Shown one piece after another: positions 61,989 through 64,000 of a stretch of DNA of 64,000 nt. Every line of letters begins with the position of its first letter. The first letter of the stretch is position 1. The DNA comes from Guillardia theta CCMP2712. Lineage: Eukaryota; Protista; Cryptophyta. The position numbers and the translations under genes were made by a program. The notes beneath the pieces were generated by a model. That model searched no databases and was not told the origin of the DNA. It saw only the letters and a list, made by a program, of their open reading frames with translations. Location of the stretch: the NCBI RefSeq assembly GCF_000315625.1, contig NW_005434672.1:1182155-1246154 (forward strand), written 5' to 3'.

Positions 61989-64000
61989 ATGGGATGTGCA
62001 CGAGAGGCATGGTGTACTTGTGTTGGGATGTGAGACTGACGTGTCCGCAGCGGATTCCTCGCCCTCCTGATATCTTTCTTCTTGACTGATCGTTGTTATC
62101 GTCAGCTTGACAGTCATGCAAGGTAACAAGACACCTTTCAGTTGCCAAGGCTCTGATGAGCACGTACAGCAGTGACATTCCCCAAGCCTGACAAGTCGGG
62201 GATCCTGGTTTCTCTCGGGTTTTCTCTGGACGGGATGATGCTGACAGGAGGTGAGTGCTGCTGATGACTGCTTATCCCTCTGAGCTCCTACAAGGCGACA
62301 ACAATGGTCAGGTTCACGTCTGGATGAACAACGGGCAGCAGAAACAGTCGTACAGTCAGTGACTAAGTTTCCTCGCTGAGTTTCCTGCAGTTGGTCTCAC
62401 TTGCTCACGTCAAAAGCTCACAAGGGCGATGTGGTACGACCTCCTGTCCCGCTTCAACCTCCCCCTTCTCCTCTTCTCGCTCACTCGCCTTCAGGTCAGC
62501 TGTGTGTGGTCGTCGTCAAGGAAAAAAGGATTTCATTTCCTCACAGCCGGGCATGACAAGTAAGGCATGTACACACAACGAGGAGTTTCTGATGGATGAG
62601 CTTCTTCAGAGATGTCAAATTTTGGATGTTCAAAGACGGGAGTTACGGTCAGGCTTGCAACGTCATCGCAACGTTCCACACACAGCACACTGAGCACATC
62701 AGCGATTGTGTGTGGTATCTTTATGACCTCCTGTTGACAAGGATCAATTGACAAGTTCGTACTTGACAGGAAGGACTTTCGTGGCACAGAACTACTTCTG
62801 ACAGCAGGAGGTGACTGCAGCGTTCGCATCCATGGCAAGACAGGGCAAGGGATGTCAGATTGGTCGTGTGTGACAGTCCTCAAAGTAAGAGCAGAATCGT
62901 TTCCTCTCGCCTTCGTCCCTCCTCTCCACCTCTCTTCTCTCTGCTCGTCTTGAGCTGACTGGTTCTCAGGAGCAGAAGGGAAACATTGTAGGCATCGATG
63001 TGTCTATCTCAGACGACAACAAGCTGTCGATTGTATCGTCTTCATTCGATAAGACGGCTGTCATCTGGAGTTGCTCTGATGACCTTGAGGCTCTTGTGGA
63101 GGGCAAGTGCAAGGACGCTGAGCATTGGAGCCTTAAGGTTTTCTGCTCCTCCTTTGCATGCTCCTCATTCTGTCTTCATGCCCTCGTTCCTCTCTCCTTT
63201 GCTCTGACTGATAGACGTGGCAGACCCTCGCTGGCTCTGAAGTGTCGCAACATGGCGGCGATCGCCGCGTGAGCTTCTGCCCGACGGACGGGGGGCTGGT
63301 GGCGGTGGCGTGCGGGAAGGAAGTGCATCTCTGGGAGGAGTGGGAGGAGGAGAAGTCACCAGGAAGGAAGTGGGAGAAGACAGCAACATTACAGGGGCAC
63401 GAGGGATACATTAACTCCTTGAGCTTCCGCGACGACGGGGTCCTGCTGGCCTCCTGCGATCACATGGGAGGAATCAAGATCTGGTCGAGGTTCTCGGGAA
63501 GCGAGAGAGAGGAAGTATGGGGCTGCATTCATGATGTTTCCGACAAACAAGGAACCTTGTGGAGCTGCTGCTTCGGGACCGCCCGGTAGGACGTTGACCG
63601 TGAAGTTTCCCGTCACTGACGATTTGTATAGATCAGCAGCAGTGATTGTGTTTGCTGGGTTTCAGGGATCTCCAGTCGGATCCGATAGCTCCTCCATCTG
63701 TGAGTTGCAGACTGAGAGGATCAGGAGAAATGATTCGAAACTGTTGGACGTTGCTCGAGGTGTGACGCTGACTACCTCTCCTCCCCACCAGTAGACACCT
63801 CCCTCTCTCTTTCTTCCACCATTTCTTTCCTCCTTCTTCCTCTCTCTCCAACGTCCTCCCTCCTCCTTGTCCTGCCGCCTCCTTCCTCCCTCTTCCGCCT
63901 CGCTTCCTCCCTCTCCCTCGTCTCATACGACTCCGACAGGAGTCTATGAGGTTGCGAACCTCGTTAAGGCGGAAGGAAACCAGAGGTACAAGGAGGGGCA
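61989..64000 (+). CDS. WD40-repeat protein continuing into a TPR motif; runs off the window
   Basis: LLTAGGDCSVRI, SSSFDKTAVIW and LQGHEGYINSLSFRDDGVLLASCDHMGGIKIW; after intron 63760-63940 EVANLVKAEGNQRYKEG; start uncertain. Confidence 0.78.

Noticed and set aside
1-64000. tRNA, rRNA or snRNA genes
   Set aside because: None recognised by eye; a covariance-model search would be needed to exclude them.

Overview
Gene-dense eukaryotic nuclear DNA with many short (~45-55 nt) GT-AG introns. A signal peptide followed by an ASAF.P motif, motile-cilium genes and an RWP-RK gene point to a flagellate alga with a red secondary plastid, most likely a cryptophyte such as Guillardia (inference). About 22 host genes are recognisable: DSP/PTPMT1-like phosphatase, DNAI2, REXO4, ASF1, a plastid SDR, a cNMP-binding protein, CFAP45, PRMT, CFAP20, a Vac8-like ARM protein, GT13, ankyrin proteins, CFAP91, a PDZ coiled-coil protein, RWP-RK, an FtsJ/RlmM-like methyltransferase, a GT-like protein and a WD40-TPR protein. 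A ~9 kb mobile-DNA island (12.8-21.9 kb) holds a Copia remnant, a decayed Crypton C-terminus, a nearly intact Crypton tyrosine-recombinase gene preceded by a lox-like inverted repeat, and a Crinkler-type P-loop NTPase gene. The most unusual signal is a set of about 10 intergenic GC/CpG-rich islands built from short palindromic words. Aligning copies of a dispersed repeat that lie in or beside these islands shows copy-specific short insertions, most of which create a local inverted repeat. This suggests a localised palindrome-generating insertion process. A recurrent ACCCTACCC/GGGTAGGGT motif marks gene 5' regions. Boundaries of multi-exon genes were set by eye and are approximate.
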